64,000 bases of DNA from Escherichia phage EC.P2, in sequence record PQ631072.1. One strand, given 5' to 3'. The translations under genes were made by a program, and so were the position numbers. The notes beneath the pieces were generated by a model that was not told where the DNA came from, did no database searches, and saw nothing but the letters and a program-made list of their open reading frames with translations. Below, in pieces: positions 9,092-19,200 of the stretch. Numbering within the stretch: position 1 is the stretch's first letter; each line of letters opens with the position of its first letter.

Positions 9092-9278
9092 ACTTGGCTA
9101 CACCATTAACTATAATATGACCGCAAGACATAACTCCTAGCCAATGATCACCATTCTTTTTTAAACGTTTGCCGTAAACATCACAGAAACCATTCTGTAA
9201 TTCGGAAGCCTCATAAGAGGCTCCCTTTTCGAAAACGTCTTTGAAGTCAGAAATTAATCCAACACAAAGTAGTTTCAT
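9060..9278 (-). CDS. hypothetical protein (72 aa)
   Basis: ORF immediately downstream of nrdB. Confidence 0.4.
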   Translation of the reverse strand: MKLLCVGLISDFKDVFEKGASYEASELQNGFCDVYGKRLKKNGDHWLGVMSCGHIIVNGVAKFEIIKGEKDD

Positions 9279-10363
9279 TAGAAGTCTAACTCCTCGTCAT
9301 CACTTACATCTTTATTTGCTGAATTCAGTTTGTAAGCTGTAATTTGGATCTCCTGTGCTGCTGCTTGAATTTGATCTGGATTTAACCAAACATCCATCCA
9401 AGGCAGTGGACTTTTCTTCGGTGCACGGAATTTGTGTTTCATTTTCAGTCTGCGATAGATAGGTGCAGCATTGAAGTAAACCCAAAGTTTGAACAACTCT
9501 GCGTTACCACCAACGATAACCCTTCCTTCACTAAACAAATAGTCACACCAATCTTCCTCTTGTCCAACTACCGTATCAAGAATTTCTGTCAGAACGTCGA
9601 TATTATCTTCGTATACTTTTCTCCAAACAGGATCTTTCAGCAGTGCATCAATAATAGCATAATCCATTTTAACGTGCAATAGTTCATCCAACATAATTTT
9701 TTGAATGAGTTTAGCTGCACCTACAAACAATTGCTGCTCTGCTAAGGCAAATGTTGCAGCAAAAGAGGATATGAATTGAATGCCTTCCAGACCGATAAGT
9801 GCAATCATTCCTTTCAAGATCAGTAGACGAAGGTTATCATCCTTCTCAATCAGACCTAGAGCATATTTATGTCCTGCCTCTGCCAGATCACCCATTATCT
9901 CTTCAACTATACCCATCCTCTGGAAGATTCTTTCATTCTCCATAATCTGATCGATAACTTCATTTGGATTAGGGATACACTGACGAATAATTTCAGAATA
10001 TGTCAAAGCGTGTAAAACTTCCATTTCTGATTGCTTCATCATCATTGCACATGCTTCGTTGTTGCTTAAAAATGGTGCAAACAAAGTGATAATTGATTTA
10101 GCAAGTGAATCATTTTCCCATTGGAAAGATAGGTTTTTGATCATAACATCATAGTTGCTTTTAGAACAAGCTACGAAATCTTTTCGTGTCTGATCTAAGT
10201 CTACTTCGTTTTCATCCCAATCTTGCTGTTTTTGTAGTTTGTACAGACGATGCATTTCTGGGTATGTTACATTAATAGAATCAAAAATACCTAACTGTTC
10301 TCCCAAAAATACAGGATAGAAACCTTCTTTGTAAGTGTCGTTGTATAAATTAATCGCTGCCAT
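9278..10363 (-). CDS. nrdB: ribonucleotide reductase class I beta subunit
   Basis: 361 aa; diiron-carboxylate ferritin-like pattern and size, adjacent to nrdA. Confidence 0.8.
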   Translation of the reverse strand: MAAINLYNDTYKEGFYPVFLGEQLGIFDSINVTYPEMHRLYKLQKQQDWDENEVDLDQTRKDFVACSKSNYDVMIKNLSFQWENDSLAKSIITLFAPFLSNNEACAMMMKQSEMEVLHALTYSEIIRQCIPNPNEVIDQIMENERIFQRMGIVEEIMGDLAEAGHKYALGLIEKDDNLRLLILKGMIALIGLEGIQFISSFAATFALAEQQLFVGAAKLIQKIMLDELLHVKMDYAIIDALLKDPVWRKVYEDNIDVLTEILDTVVGQEEDWCDYLFSEGRVIVGGNAELFKLWVYFNAAPIYRRLKMKHKFRAPKKSPLPWMDVWLNPDQIQAAAQEIQITAYKLNSANKDVSDDEELDF

Positions 10364-10684
10364 TTAAATCCTCCACAATATCACACATTGCTTTTATTGT
10401 ATCAATGTGTTTTCTCTCCATACCATTCTCTATGTAAGCCTTCTCTAATGCGTTCCATACACTCTTTGTGAGTAGTACAGTAACCTCTCCGTCATATCTT
10501 GCCCTGGTTAAAGCATACCAGGTAGCTTCTGGATCATTGGAAGCCCATATTTCAACACTGGAAAATTGAAAACCTGCAATATAATGGCAACACCAATCGA
10601 ATGTAAAATCTTTACTATCTACCAGTGTATAATTTCCCCAACGTCTTTGTGGTGTTGCCCCAGGTAATACAACTAATGTAGGCA
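10350..10684 (-). CDS. hypothetical protein between nrdA and nrdB (111 aa)
   Basis: Track ORF trimmed to ATG at 10684 preceded by AAGGAGG; begins MPTLVVLPGATPQRRW. Confidence 0.45.
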
Positions 10685-10694
10685 TATTCCTCCT

Positions 10695-10720
10695 TAAGAA
10701 AGGGGGACAAAGCCCCCTAG
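10695..10720 (-). terminator. putative stem-loop terminator/attenuator after nrdA
   Basis: GGGGG-ACAAAG-CCCCC hairpin at 10702-10718 followed on minus strand by TTCTT. Confidence 0.45.
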
Positions 10721-10725
10721 TTTCA

Positions 10726-12987
10726 TTACATCTTACAAGCCTCACAACCAGATTCTTCATCTTCTTGAGCGAGTGAGGTTGCCGATTTTGTTCTACTATT
10801 TAGATAGTACAAAGATTTACCACCAAGTTTTGCAAACTGAAGGATATATTGCATTTCTGATTTAATGGATAAACGACCACCTTCCATTTTAGAATAGTCA
10901 ATCCACTTATCACATGATGCACCTTGATCTAAGAATTTAGTCAATAATCCATATGCTTCAGCCATATCTTTATCTGGCGTATCCCAAGCCGATTGGTAAA
11001 TATCTTTTAGTTTATCATAGTCTGGCACAATAAACAGGACATTACCTTTTTGGCTTTGTTTATAAACTATAGTATCACGTACAGGATACACAGAGTTAGT
11101 CGTATTACTTACAAGACTACTGGACTCATTCGGAGCAATAGCTGCTAATACGCTATTTCGGATACCGCCTTGTGCAATGATATCTTGTCGTAAACCTTCC
11201 CAATCCATTTTAAGTTTAAAATTGCCAATATCGTCTACAGCTTTAGCGTAGGTGTCAATAGGCAACCATCCTTCAGGCCATTTGGTTTTATGCATCCATT
11301 CTGCATTACCCTTCTCTTTTGCCAAACGAAGAGAAGCTCTTGCTAACCAGTAATAATGCCTTTCTGCTAATTCGTGAATTAGTTTTTTGCCGTAAGGATC
11401 TGAATAAGTAACAAAATTACTTGCCAGATAATGTGCAAGGTTTGTAATACCTACACCGATAGACCTACGTGCTTTAGCAGTGATTTCGTTATGTTTAAAC
11501 GGATACTGCATTGTTTCAATAACATTATCAATAGTTAGAACTGTATAGTATGCAACATCTTCATATTCTTCTGGTGTAACACGACCAGCTACAATAGAAG
11601 ACAGGAAGCATAATGCCAATTCTTGATCTTCTGTATTCTCACCTGTGAAAAGATCAGTCATATTGTGAAATGCTTTCGTAGGTAAGAAAATTTCTTGACA
11701 CAAGTTTGACTGATAAATAACATCCTTAAACGGAGTATGCCTATTAGCATTATCCGCAAAGAACATATAAATACGTCCTGTCTCTGCTCTTTGTGTAATA
11801 ATTTCTGCCAGAAGATCTCGTGCTTTTACGAACTTTTTCTTAATTCGTTTGCGACTAACTTTTTCATATACTTCTTCAAACTCTTCCTCGCTTTTATAAA
11901 GCGCCTCATAGAGTTCTGGTGCTTCGTCATAACTAACTAGCATCCAATCTTTACCTTTTGCTGCACGGCGCAGGAAAGCATTGTTTACTACGATAGAGTA
12001 ATCAAGTTTATCTACTCGTTTTTCACTAACAGTAGTTGGGTTTTTCAAACGTACCAGATCTTCAAAATCAGGTTCTAATATTGTAAACGTTACTGTTGCA
12101 CTTCCACCACGACTTGCTTGTTTTGATGCTCCAACACTTGTTTCCATCCATTTCAGATATGGTAAAAGACCACCGTGAACGATACGGTTGTTCTTAACAC
12201 CTTGTCCTGTGGCACGGGTTTGGAGGTTAACACCAATACCTGCATTATTCAATGTATATTCATGCGCAAGATAGTTAGCAATTGCTAAAGATTCTGCTGT
12301 ATCATCTGCTCTAAACAGACAACAAGAAGCACTACCTTTAATCTTAGTACGCAAAGTTGTTAAATAAGGTGATGGTAAATTAATCTTAAGATCACTTACG
12401 TAGGTATATAGACGTTTAATGTCTTCTACTCTGCGATCTTTTGGTTGGATTTCCATTACCTTCATTGCTACACCAATGAATAAAAACTGTGGTGATTCAA
12501 AAACAACATCATTGATCGCATCTTTCACAAGATACTTATCAACCATCTGGCGCAGTACGGAATAACCATAAGTTAGGTTTTTATCGTGATTGACAATCTT
12601 ACCAATCTCAATAATTTCTTCTTCTGTATAATCCATTTTTCCCCAATAGCCTTTACTTACAGACATATTGTAGAAATCCAGGAGGGAGGGGATATTGTGA
12701 TATCCCCCATGAGCCTGTTTATAAATCATACCAAGAAGTAACCGACCTGCCATATCACTATATGCCTGATCTTTCTTATCAATACATGCTGCTATCATAG
12801 CTTTATGTAAATCACGAGTAGGCACACCATCGTAACAACGTTTAACAGCTTCAAGTTCAATTTCAGACCAATTTAATTTACCAGCAGCAAACTCTGACCA
12901 TTTACGAAGTTTTTCTGGATTAAATTCTTCTTTCTTGCCGTTTGTTTTTGTTACATAACGGATAGATTTGCTTAGATACTGAGTCAC
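10726..12987 (-). CDS. nrdA: ribonucleotide reductase class I alpha subunit
   Basis: 753 aa; N-terminal ATP-cone-like region and C-terminal tail with paired cysteines (ESGCEACKM), typical NrdA size. Confidence 0.85.
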   Translation of the reverse strand: MTQYLSKSIRYVTKTNGKKEEFNPEKLRKWSEFAAGKLNWSEIELEAVKRCYDGVPTRDLHKAMIAACIDKKDQAYSDMAGRLLLGMIYKQAHGGYHNIPSLLDFYNMSVSKGYWGKMDYTEEEIIEIGKIVNHDKNLTYGYSVLRQMVDKYLVKDAINDVVFESPQFLFIGVAMKVMEIQPKDRRVEDIKRLYTYVSDLKINLPSPYLTTLRTKIKGSASCCLFRADDTAESLAIANYLAHEYTLNNAGIGVNLQTRATGQGVKNNRIVHGGLLPYLKWMETSVGASKQASRGGSATVTFTILEPDFEDLVRLKNPTTVSEKRVDKLDYSIVVNNAFLRRAAKGKDWMLVSYDEAPELYEALYKSEEEFEEVYEKVSRKRIKKKFVKARDLLAEIITQRAETGRIYMFFADNANRHTPFKDVIYQSNLCQEIFLPTKAFHNMTDLFTGENTEDQELALCFLSSIVAGRVTPEEYEDVAYYTVLTIDNVIETMQYPFKHNEITAKARRSIGVGITNLAHYLASNFVTYSDPYGKKLIHELAERHYYWLARASLRLAKEKGNAEWMHKTKWPEGWLPIDTYAKAVDDIGNFKLKMDWEGLRQDIIAQGGIRNSVLAAIAPNESSSLVSNTTNSVYPVRDTIVYKQSQKGNVLFIVPDYDKLKDIYQSAWDTPDKDMAEAYGLLTKFLDQGASCDKWIDYSKMEGGRLSIKSEMQYILQFAKLGGKSLYYLNSRTKSATSLAQEDEESGCEACKM

Positions 12988-12998
12988 TTCCTCTCCTA

Positions 12999-13259
12999 TT
13001 AATTGTGCATGTTTAGAACATCTACATCATAACCGCCACGCATCTCATTATATAAGCCATTTGCGTATAGAAAACCTTCAAAATGATCTATACCTTCAAA
13101 ACCTTTTGCCTTTGCTTTGCGGTCTGCTTCTTGTCTTTTTGGTGATAATCTTTTAGATGTATCAAGGATAACTGTTACATTGCAACCTAATGTTTCATCA
13201 AAATAGACTTCAATTTCACAGCCTTCATATTTATTACTTTCTGTCATTTGGCCTCTCAA
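12999..13259 (-). CDS. hypothetical protein (86 aa)
   Basis: ORF. Confidence 0.4.
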   Translation of the reverse strand: MRGQMTESNKYEGCEIEVYFDETLGCNVTVILDTSKRLSPKRQEADRKAKAKGFEGIDHFEGFLYANGLYNEMRGGYDVDVLNMHN

Positions 13260-13670
13260 TTAGAATTCAGAATCATCATCTCGTGATGGATCATGTTCAT
13301 TTCCGAAGTCTTCCATTTTGATATGAGAGCTACCCCAACCTGTAAAATCTTCTTCTCCAAAGTGCAAAATATCTACACCTTGATAGATTCGCTTATATTT
13401 ATAGTCTTGTCGAACTGGGAAAGTATACAATGTAGTATTTGCAAACACCACACGTCGATTGTTGTTACTACGAATATTAACACCACGTTCTACTGTATAA
13501 TGTCCATCGGTAGACATACCAAGCATTACTAATGCTGCTCGCAATGTGGTGTTATGATACTCGTGAGGAATTTTTCCTCCGTGCTTTTTAGCCATTTCTT
13601 TCCAGATCGGTGTAGCCTTAATGGTAGACATACTTACGGTCGCCCAAATGGTTGTATTAATTAGTGACAT
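13260..13670 (-). CDS. hypothetical protein (136 aa)
   Basis: ORF. Confidence 0.45.
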   Translation of the reverse strand: MSLINTTIWATVSMSTIKATPIWKEMAKKHGGKIPHEYHNTTLRAALVMLGMSTDGHYTVERGVNIRSNNNRRVVFANTTLYTFPVRQDYKYKRIYQGVDILHFGEEDFTGWGSSHIKMEDFGNEHDPSRDDDSEF

Positions 13671-13767
13671 AAATTCTCCTTCTCTCTTTTAAGGAGAGCA
13701 TAGCTCTCCTAACGTTAGCCTATACTACACGAATCTCAATTAAAAGTCAACTATAATTTTAAGTTGA

Positions 13768-14739
13768 TCACCATTTTGTATGGTTCGTCAAAAGTTGACG
13801 ATGTTGAATCCAACCACAGAAGTTTCCACTCCACAAACGATGTTTACGATCCATATGTGTAATACCTTCTTCCCAAGAGGAAGGGAACGGAGGAATATTA
13901 ATACCACCTTTCTGTTGTTTTAATCCTGACAAATCCATTTCTTTCATTGGCGTTGCCTGGTGTTCAAACGGAGATGCATGTACCTTTTGTCCAGACAGCA
14001 AACGAGAATAGATATCCAATGCTTTATCTTTAGTATCATTCAACTTACGATAACTTACCTGAGCGCAACAAGAAGCTGAAATAGCTTTTGCTTCATCTTC
14101 TGTCAACACTTTCTCGTTGGAGAAGGTTTCACCCAAGAAATAACGGATCATACCAGTTTCTGGATCTCGATCACGATTAACGTAAGGTGTATGCCATTCC
14201 CCTGGGAAAAGAAGATATGGTTCAGAAGATTCATACAGTTTTTTAATTTCTTTAGCAAGAGCCTCAATAGTAGGATCTGCATCAGCATCTACGCGCAACC
14301 ACAAGAAGTTTTCTAGCTCTGTAGTGGTTACTACAGTCTTCATACGCTGAAATGGTTCTAGTAGGCGGTTTGCAACCTGTTTATGATAACCAGCAAGGGC
14401 AAACTCTTCTGCAAAACGTGCAGCACTTAGTGCAGCCAAGTCCCACCATTCTTTTGCAGTATAACCTGCATCAATCAGGGCATCGTGATCTGTGCCTTTA
14501 TCTTGCATACCTGGTTGGTTAGCACCAAAACGATAAGGACGTGCTGGAGATTGCCGTACCATTTCAATCAGAGTTTTAACAGGGATAGCTCGACTTGATG
14601 CGGCATTACGAGAAAACAAACGATGCGTCATCAATTCAGAGTGAATGATTCGAGGATATTCAAGTTCAAAGGTAACAATATCCTTACCTTCGGATGTTTG
14701 AGAGTGTGCAATAATTTTTGCTGAAATAGAATTTGTCAT
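13768..14739 (-). CDS. thyX: ThyX-like flavin-dependent thymidylate synthase (divergent)
   Basis: 323 aa; HSELMTHRLFSRNAASSRAIP resembles the ThyX RHRx7S signature but with Thr in place of the first Arg. Confidence 0.6.
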   Translation of the reverse strand: MTNSISAKIIAHSQTSEGKDIVTFELEYPRIIHSELMTHRLFSRNAASSRAIPVKTLIEMVRQSPARPYRFGANQPGMQDKGTDHDALIDAGYTAKEWWDLAALSAARFAEEFALAGYHKQVANRLLEPFQRMKTVVTTTELENFLWLRVDADADPTIEALAKEIKKLYESSEPYLLFPGEWHTPYVNRDRDPETGMIRYFLGETFSNEKVLTEDEAKAISASCCAQVSYRKLNDTKDKALDIYSRLLSGQKVHASPFEHQATPMKEMDLSGLKQQKGGINIPPFPSSWEEGITHMDRKHRLWSGNFCGWIQHRQLLTNHTKW

Positions 14740-14748
14740 TATTTCTCC

Positions 14749-15339
14749 TTAAGGTAGTAAAATACTTTCAATTTCTTCCCACTGATTATCTAAACCAGTG
14801 ATAATTACATTAGGAAGTTTCTTTAACTCTTCCAAATATGGATCTTCGTAAATAGTGTTGAAATATATTTTCAACGTTTCATCTGGAAACAGGACAAGAT
14901 TTTCAGCCCTATCGTCAATAGTTACATCGCAAGGTAATAAGTATTTTTCTTTTGTTGCGAAAAAGCCATTACCAGATGTTCTACTAAAATCCACTTTATC
15001 TAAAGATCGTGTTACGTGTCTATATTTAGAACTAAGGTGTCCACCCTTAGTGTGGCTCGCTATAGATATATTAGCTCCATTTGCAATTATACGATGAACA
15101 ACATCTGTACTATTAGGTACTACTCCCATAGTATCATATAGATGTTGGTTATCCCAAAAAGAGTAAGGATCTACACCAAATTGCTTTTTAAAATCAGGGA
15201 AATATTTCGTAATATCATAGTGCACAGTCTTATGTGTCTTATCAAATTTGATATTAGATCTACTTACCGCATTTAACCAATTTAACCATTCTATATCCGC
15301 TGGAGCTATTACTAAATCCCAATCACATACTAGACGCAT
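14749..15339 (-). CDS. HAD-superfamily phosphatase, probable 5'(3')-deoxyribonucleotidase
   Basis: Start trimmed to ATG at 15339 (AGGAGA RBS); N-terminal MRLVCDWDLVIA fits HAD motif I DxDx(T/V); C-terminal DD motif (VTIDDRAENL). Confidence 0.5.
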   Translation of the reverse strand: MRLVCDWDLVIAPADIEWLNWLNAVSRSNIKFDKTHKTVHYDITKYFPDFKKQFGVDPYSFWDNQHLYDTMGVVPNSTDVVHRIIANGANISIASHTKGGHLSSKYRHVTRSLDKVDFSRTSGNGFFATKEKYLLPCDVTIDDRAENLVLFPDETLKIYFNTIYEDPYLEELKKLPNVIITGLDNQWEEIESILLP

Positions 15340-15886
15340 TATTTCTCCTGTTATAACATTTTCTACACATTGTTTCGTAAATGTCTTCTCCTCCAATAAC
15401 AATCTGTTCTTTAGAGTCGATAAGTCTAGCATTGAAAATAGCTTTTCTTCCACATTTACAAATGCTTTTCAATTCTGTAATTGAATCTGCTATGGCTAAT
15501 AACCGTTCAGAACCTTCAAACAATTCTGTAGCAAAATCTGTTTTAAGTCCATAGCAGAATACAGGAATATCGTAATTGTCTACCACATCTCCAAGAATGT
15601 CAACCATATCTTTAGTTAGGAATTGTGATTCATCCACAAATACTGCATCTACTGGATTCTCTTTAAGTTGTGTATAAATTTCCAGCATATCTTCTTTTGT
15701 TTTAACTGGTTTTGCTTCCTCTTTAATACCTATTCTAGAAGCAATAGCACCACCAGATCTGGTATCTAAAGCTGAAGTTAAAAGAAGAACTTTCATATTT
15801 CTTTCTTTATAGTTCCAAGCTGTTTGTAGAAGATGTGTGCTTTTACCACTGTTCATCGGACTATATCGGAAATAAAGTTTAGCCAT
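15323..15886 (-). CDS. tdk: thymidine kinase
   Basis: MAKLYFRYSPMNSGKSTHLLQ P-loop and C-terminal CxxC zinc ribbon (CRKCYNRR) typical of Tdk. Confidence 0.85.
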   Translation of the reverse strand: MAKLYFRYSPMNSGKSTHLLQTAWNYKERNMKVLLLTSALDTRSGGAIASRIGIKEEAKPVKTKEDMLEIYTQLKENPVDAVFVDESQFLTKDMVDILGDVVDNYDIPVFCYGLKTDFATELFEGSERLLAIADSITELKSICKCGRKAIFNARLIDSKEQIVIGGEDIYETMCRKCYNRRNNASSM

Positions 15887-15931
15887 ATTTTCTCCTCTAA
15901 CGCTCCCGTTTGTGGGAGCGATAATACTTTA

Positions 15932-16507
15932 TTATTTCTCTTCGTCAAGAAGAATTTTTACTATTTGTTTTCTTCGCTTACTTACTGTACTTTCTGGTGA
16001 AATTCCGCGCTTCGTTAGCCAATTTTTATCCTTTTTAGACTGGCATAAAGCTATCGCTTCCTTCTCCGCTTTTGCTTCCCTGAATGTTATATCGTGCTTG
16101 TCAGCATAAGCTAGGATAGCGTTACACTGCTTACAAACTACACGCAGGTCGTCTTCTGTTACATACAATAGGCGTAAAACAAAACTTGGGATATCTTCAT
16201 AACAGGTTAATGTACCTGCTGCATTAATATGGTCTACTTGAAAGTCTTTCATACCTCCTGTATGTCCACACAATTCACATTGACAATTCCAAACCTGTTT
16301 CGGTTTGCCTGTTTTCTTATCTAAAACTACATTGCCATCTTTATCCAACCTATCGGCTTTAAATCGTACAGATTGGATCTTTTTTATCTTATTCGGGTGT
16401 CTCACCCATGCTTTCCTTAAGCAACCTCTTAAATATGTATAAAAGGCTGCTTGAGTTTTCCAAGGTGTTCCATCTCCCCAAATAACTTTAGGTTCTTTAT
16501 TTTCCAA
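15932..16507 (-). CDS. HNH endonuclease
   Basis: CQCELCGHTGG...VDHINAAG...CKQCN matches HNH zinc-finger nuclease motif. Confidence 0.6.
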   Translation of the reverse strand: MENKEPKVIWGDGTPWKTQAAFYTYLRGCLRKAWVRHPNKIKKIQSVRFKADRLDKDGNVVLDKKTGKPKQVWNCQCELCGHTGGMKDFQVDHINAAGTLTCYEDIPSFVLRLLYVTEDDLRVVCKQCNAILAYADKHDITFREAKAEKEAIALCQSKKDKNWLTKRGISPESTVSKRRKQIVKILLDEEK

Positions 16508-16691
16508 TAGTGCTCACCTTTTTAGCTACATAATCTCCAGGTGGAATGTTATATTTAAAGAAAAGCATACGGTCTAAACCAGCCTTACACATGTTTTCTG
16601 GGATTGTGATTGTATATAGGAGTTTATCTCCACGTTTATTGTATATTTTATATACTTCACCCTCTCCGTATTGTTTACCGTGAGAAGCCAT
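16497..16691 (-). CDS. hypothetical protein (64 aa)
   Basis: ORF. Confidence 0.35.
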   Translation of the reverse strand: MASHGKQYGEGEVYKIYNKRGDKLLYTITIPENMCKAGLDRMLFFKYNIPPGDYVAKKVSTIGK

Positions 16692-17076
16692 CTACACTCT
16701 CCTTCAATTGTTCAATAGCATCTGCTGCTTCAATATACTTACCTTTATACATTGCTTTTAAAGCCTTACGAACAAGATCATCGTCTGTGTATAAATCAAT
16801 TAGCTGATTAGCTAACTCAATTTTTACAGGATTTTTTAAGTTAGGGTAGGCTTCATACAACATATTGTAATATTTATCACTCAATTCTTTTTCAATATGA
16901 ATAACGTGAATCGCTTTGTTTAGGTTGATCACACGATCACCTTTGTTTCGACAAGCATACTTAGCTAACTTAGTGAAACAAGGAGTTGCACCAATTAGAT
17001 ATGCAAGTTCCAAAGGTTGCATACGCATACGTTTGTAGTGATCACCATCAATTTGAATATCCAGTGCTGTAGTCAT
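16675..17076 (-). CDS. hypothetical protein (133 aa)
   Basis: ORF. Confidence 0.45.
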   Translation of the reverse strand: MTTALDIQIDGDHYKRMRMQPLELAYLIGATPCFTKLAKYACRNKGDRVINLNKAIHVIHIEKELSDKYYNMLYEAYPNLKNPVKIELANQLIDLYTDDDLVRKALKAMYKGKYIEAADAIEQLKESVDGFSR

Positions 17077-17087
17077 AAATCCTCCAA

Positions 17088-17112
17088 AAATAAAGGGGCT
17101 TTCGCCCCTTTT
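17088..17112 (-). terminator. rho-independent terminator (same palindrome as 4005-4024)
   Basis: AAAGGGGCTTTCGCCCCTTT at 17092-17110 followed on minus strand by TTTATTTTT. Confidence 0.6.
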
Positions 17113-17114
17113 TA

Positions 17115-18077
17115 TTAAATTCCAATAACAGTGTTTACACGCTTCTCTTTGCTACGCAAATTAACACGTCCACGAGACAGGCTATTACATGATGTGCATC
17201 TTAGCACTTGGAATGTACTAACCGCTGTTGTGTAAACCTTACCAGGAACAACTTCAAGGTGCTCTTTACCGCAACGAGGACAACGAAGTTTTTCATCGTC
17301 ATAGAATGCAGATACGTTAGGATGTTGTGGAATCCACGCACGAAGTTTGATGTAAAGATCTCTAAGAGAAACAACATCACCATCGTTGTATGTTTGCATA
17401 CGGAAGAAGGCGTGTCTGTCTCCTTCACAACATGCTTTCCACAAAGGAAAACCTTCATTATCAAGTTTAAAGTTTTCTGTATCAAAATACAAACACATTT
17501 CTTTAAGCGCATTAGAAGGTAGTGCAAACTGCTTCTTAGCTGCCTTGAGTGTATCAATTACAACATAGTGTGATGGTGGCTCCATACCGTGGAAAGCAAA
17601 ACGTTGGTTAATATAAGCCTTATCAAACTTAATACCGTTGTGCGCGATCACAATATCTGCATCGTCAAGCAAGTGCCACAGATCTTGACATAATTCCCAA
17701 TCGTCTGTATGATCTATGTCAAACAGAGGGTAATTGCTAAGGTTCTTACCTTCTACTTCTCCTGTTTCTAAATCAGCAGATGAATAGGAAAGCAAGTAAC
17801 CTCGACGAATAACTTGTTCAGGTGCAATAAAGGCTTTGAAACGTGAGAAGCTATACACAATCTCCGGTGCTGTCTCTACGTCAATAATTTTAATTACTGG
17901 CCCACCTTTATCTTGCGGAGCACCGCGATGTGGTGAATTTACACGAGCTAAGTAATCATTTACTGTGCTCTTCTTAGTAGAACTTCCCAACACCTCTTGT
18001 GCAATCTTACGCGAAGAATAACCTTGTGCTTTCATAGATACAATCAAGGCTTTCTGTTCGTCTGTTAATTTACTCAA
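17115..18077 (-). CDS. DEDD-family 3'-5' exonuclease with N-terminal HTH and C-terminal zinc ribbon
   Basis: IKIIDVETAP and VIAHNGIKFDKAYI exonuclease motifs; CPRCG...CTSCN at C-terminus. Confidence 0.55.
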   Translation of the reverse strand: MSKLTDEQKALIVSMKAQGYSSRKIAQEVLGSSTKKSTVNDYLARVNSPHRGAPQDKGGPVIKIIDVETAPEIVYSFSRFKAFIAPEQVIRRGYLLSYSSADLETGEVEGKNLSNYPLFDIDHTDDWELCQDLWHLLDDADIVIAHNGIKFDKAYINQRFAFHGMEPPSHYVVIDTLKAAKKQFALPSNALKEMCLYFDTENFKLDNEGFPLWKACCEGDRHAFFRMQTYNDGDVVSLRDLYIKLRAWIPQHPNVSAFYDDEKLRCPRCGKEHLEVVPGKVYTTAVSTFQVLRCTSCNSLSRGRVNLRSKEKRVNTVIGI

Positions 18078-19108
18078 TGTTCCTCCTGCTCTGAAATATA
18101 TGCTTGTAGCATACTTTCAAAAGTTGTTTCATCATTCGCCCAACGTTTCATATATACCAACTGAAAAATTGTCTCTATCCATTCGTCAGTTGTCATCTCT
18201 ACTTCTTCACCATCCCAAGAAGTAAATTTAACGCCATCTGGGAACCATTCATAATACTGATCTTTAACTGTCTGAAAAAGTTCAGCCTGTGTTTTACATT
18301 TGGAAATAAGATTAAAGCAAGTAATATCTCCAAACTTAACATCGAAATCTTGGTAAGGTCGAATACTATCTGTCTTATCACCCATTAGCATTTGATAAGC
18401 TAACCAGTAACTACCCCAACCCTTAATTTCTTTTTTCTTACCTTTTTCTACGATCCAGATATCACCAATAGATTCATCAATCAGAATAATACAAGGATTT
18501 TTATAAACACCATCCTCTTTATAAAAGTTAAAGAGTAAACTTGGTGTGTGCAAGCTATCTTTGTCGATAGATGCTACAATATGAGAAAACTTACCAGTTT
18601 CCTTGTAGGCTTTATACCCTGCATATCCATAGATTTCTAAAGCATCATCTGCCTCAATACCAGTAACAACGTCACCGTTATGTTTTTCAACTAGATAATC
18701 TTTAGTATCTGATAAATGGATTGGTCTTAAATCTGATCGTTCTGATTTATATTCTTTTGGCATCTTGAAAGAATGCCGGAAGGTTTTTCCTACCCCGATG
18801 ACACCGCAATACTTTTGAAGTTTTAGGTGATCCATCATCTGGGTTATTTTTGTCTTTGCAGCTTGAAACGTAAAAGAAATATTATCTGGGACTATTTGAA
18901 CGTCTTTTATTTCAAAATCTTCTCTAGAGAACAACTTCTTACCAGCAGCTTCGCGTTGCGCGTTAAGTGCTCCTAACCATCCTCCAATATTTTTTGAAGA
19001 TTTACCCCAAAAATCTGTTCTTGTTTCAAACTCTTTTACATTACCGGAAGCCTTGTGTACAGCGTGGATTTTTCTTTGTTCTAAAGCTGAAGACGCTTGG
19101 AACGCCAC
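18074..19108 (-). CDS. 5'-3' exonuclease / flap endonuclease (T4 RNase H-like)
   Basis: GIEADDALEIYGY (FEN GxEADD motif) and LMGDKTDSIRP (second acidic cluster). Confidence 0.7.
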   Translation of the reverse strand: MAFQASSALEQRKIHAVHKASGNVKEFETRTDFWGKSSKNIGGWLGALNAQREAAGKKLFSREDFEIKDVQIVPDNISFTFQAAKTKITQMMDHLKLQKYCGVIGVGKTFRHSFKMPKEYKSERSDLRPIHLSDTKDYLVEKHNGDVVTGIEADDALEIYGYAGYKAYKETGKFSHIVASIDKDSLHTPSLLFNFYKEDGVYKNPCIILIDESIGDIWIVEKGKKKEIKGWGSYWLAYQMLMGDKTDSIRPYQDFDVKFGDITCFNLISKCKTQAELFQTVKDQYYEWFPDGVKFTSWDGEEVEMTTDEWIETIFQLVYMKRWANDETTFESMLQAYISEQEEH

Positions 19109-19200
19109 TTGATCGTAGTCTATTGCAAGAATTGTGTTCTCGTCAACATATTTGTGCAGGTCTTCCGGTTGGATTAAAATGTAACCGCTAATATTACCTC

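Noticed and set aside
10685-10760. N-terminal 25 aa of track ORF 10350..10760
   Set aside because: This part overlaps the 3' end of nrdA and precedes the AAGGAGG RBS; the gene most likely starts at the ATG at 10684
15340-15453. N-terminal 38 aa of track ORF 14749..15453
   Set aside because: Overlaps the tdk coding region by more than 100 nt; an internal ATG at 15339 with an RBS places the HAD motif I at the N-terminus as expected
17201-17568. Overlapping track ORFs 17201..17557 (-), 17208..17522 (+), 17386..17568 (+)
   Set aside because: All lie inside the well-supported exonuclease gene 17115..18077 in other frames or antisense; no RBS
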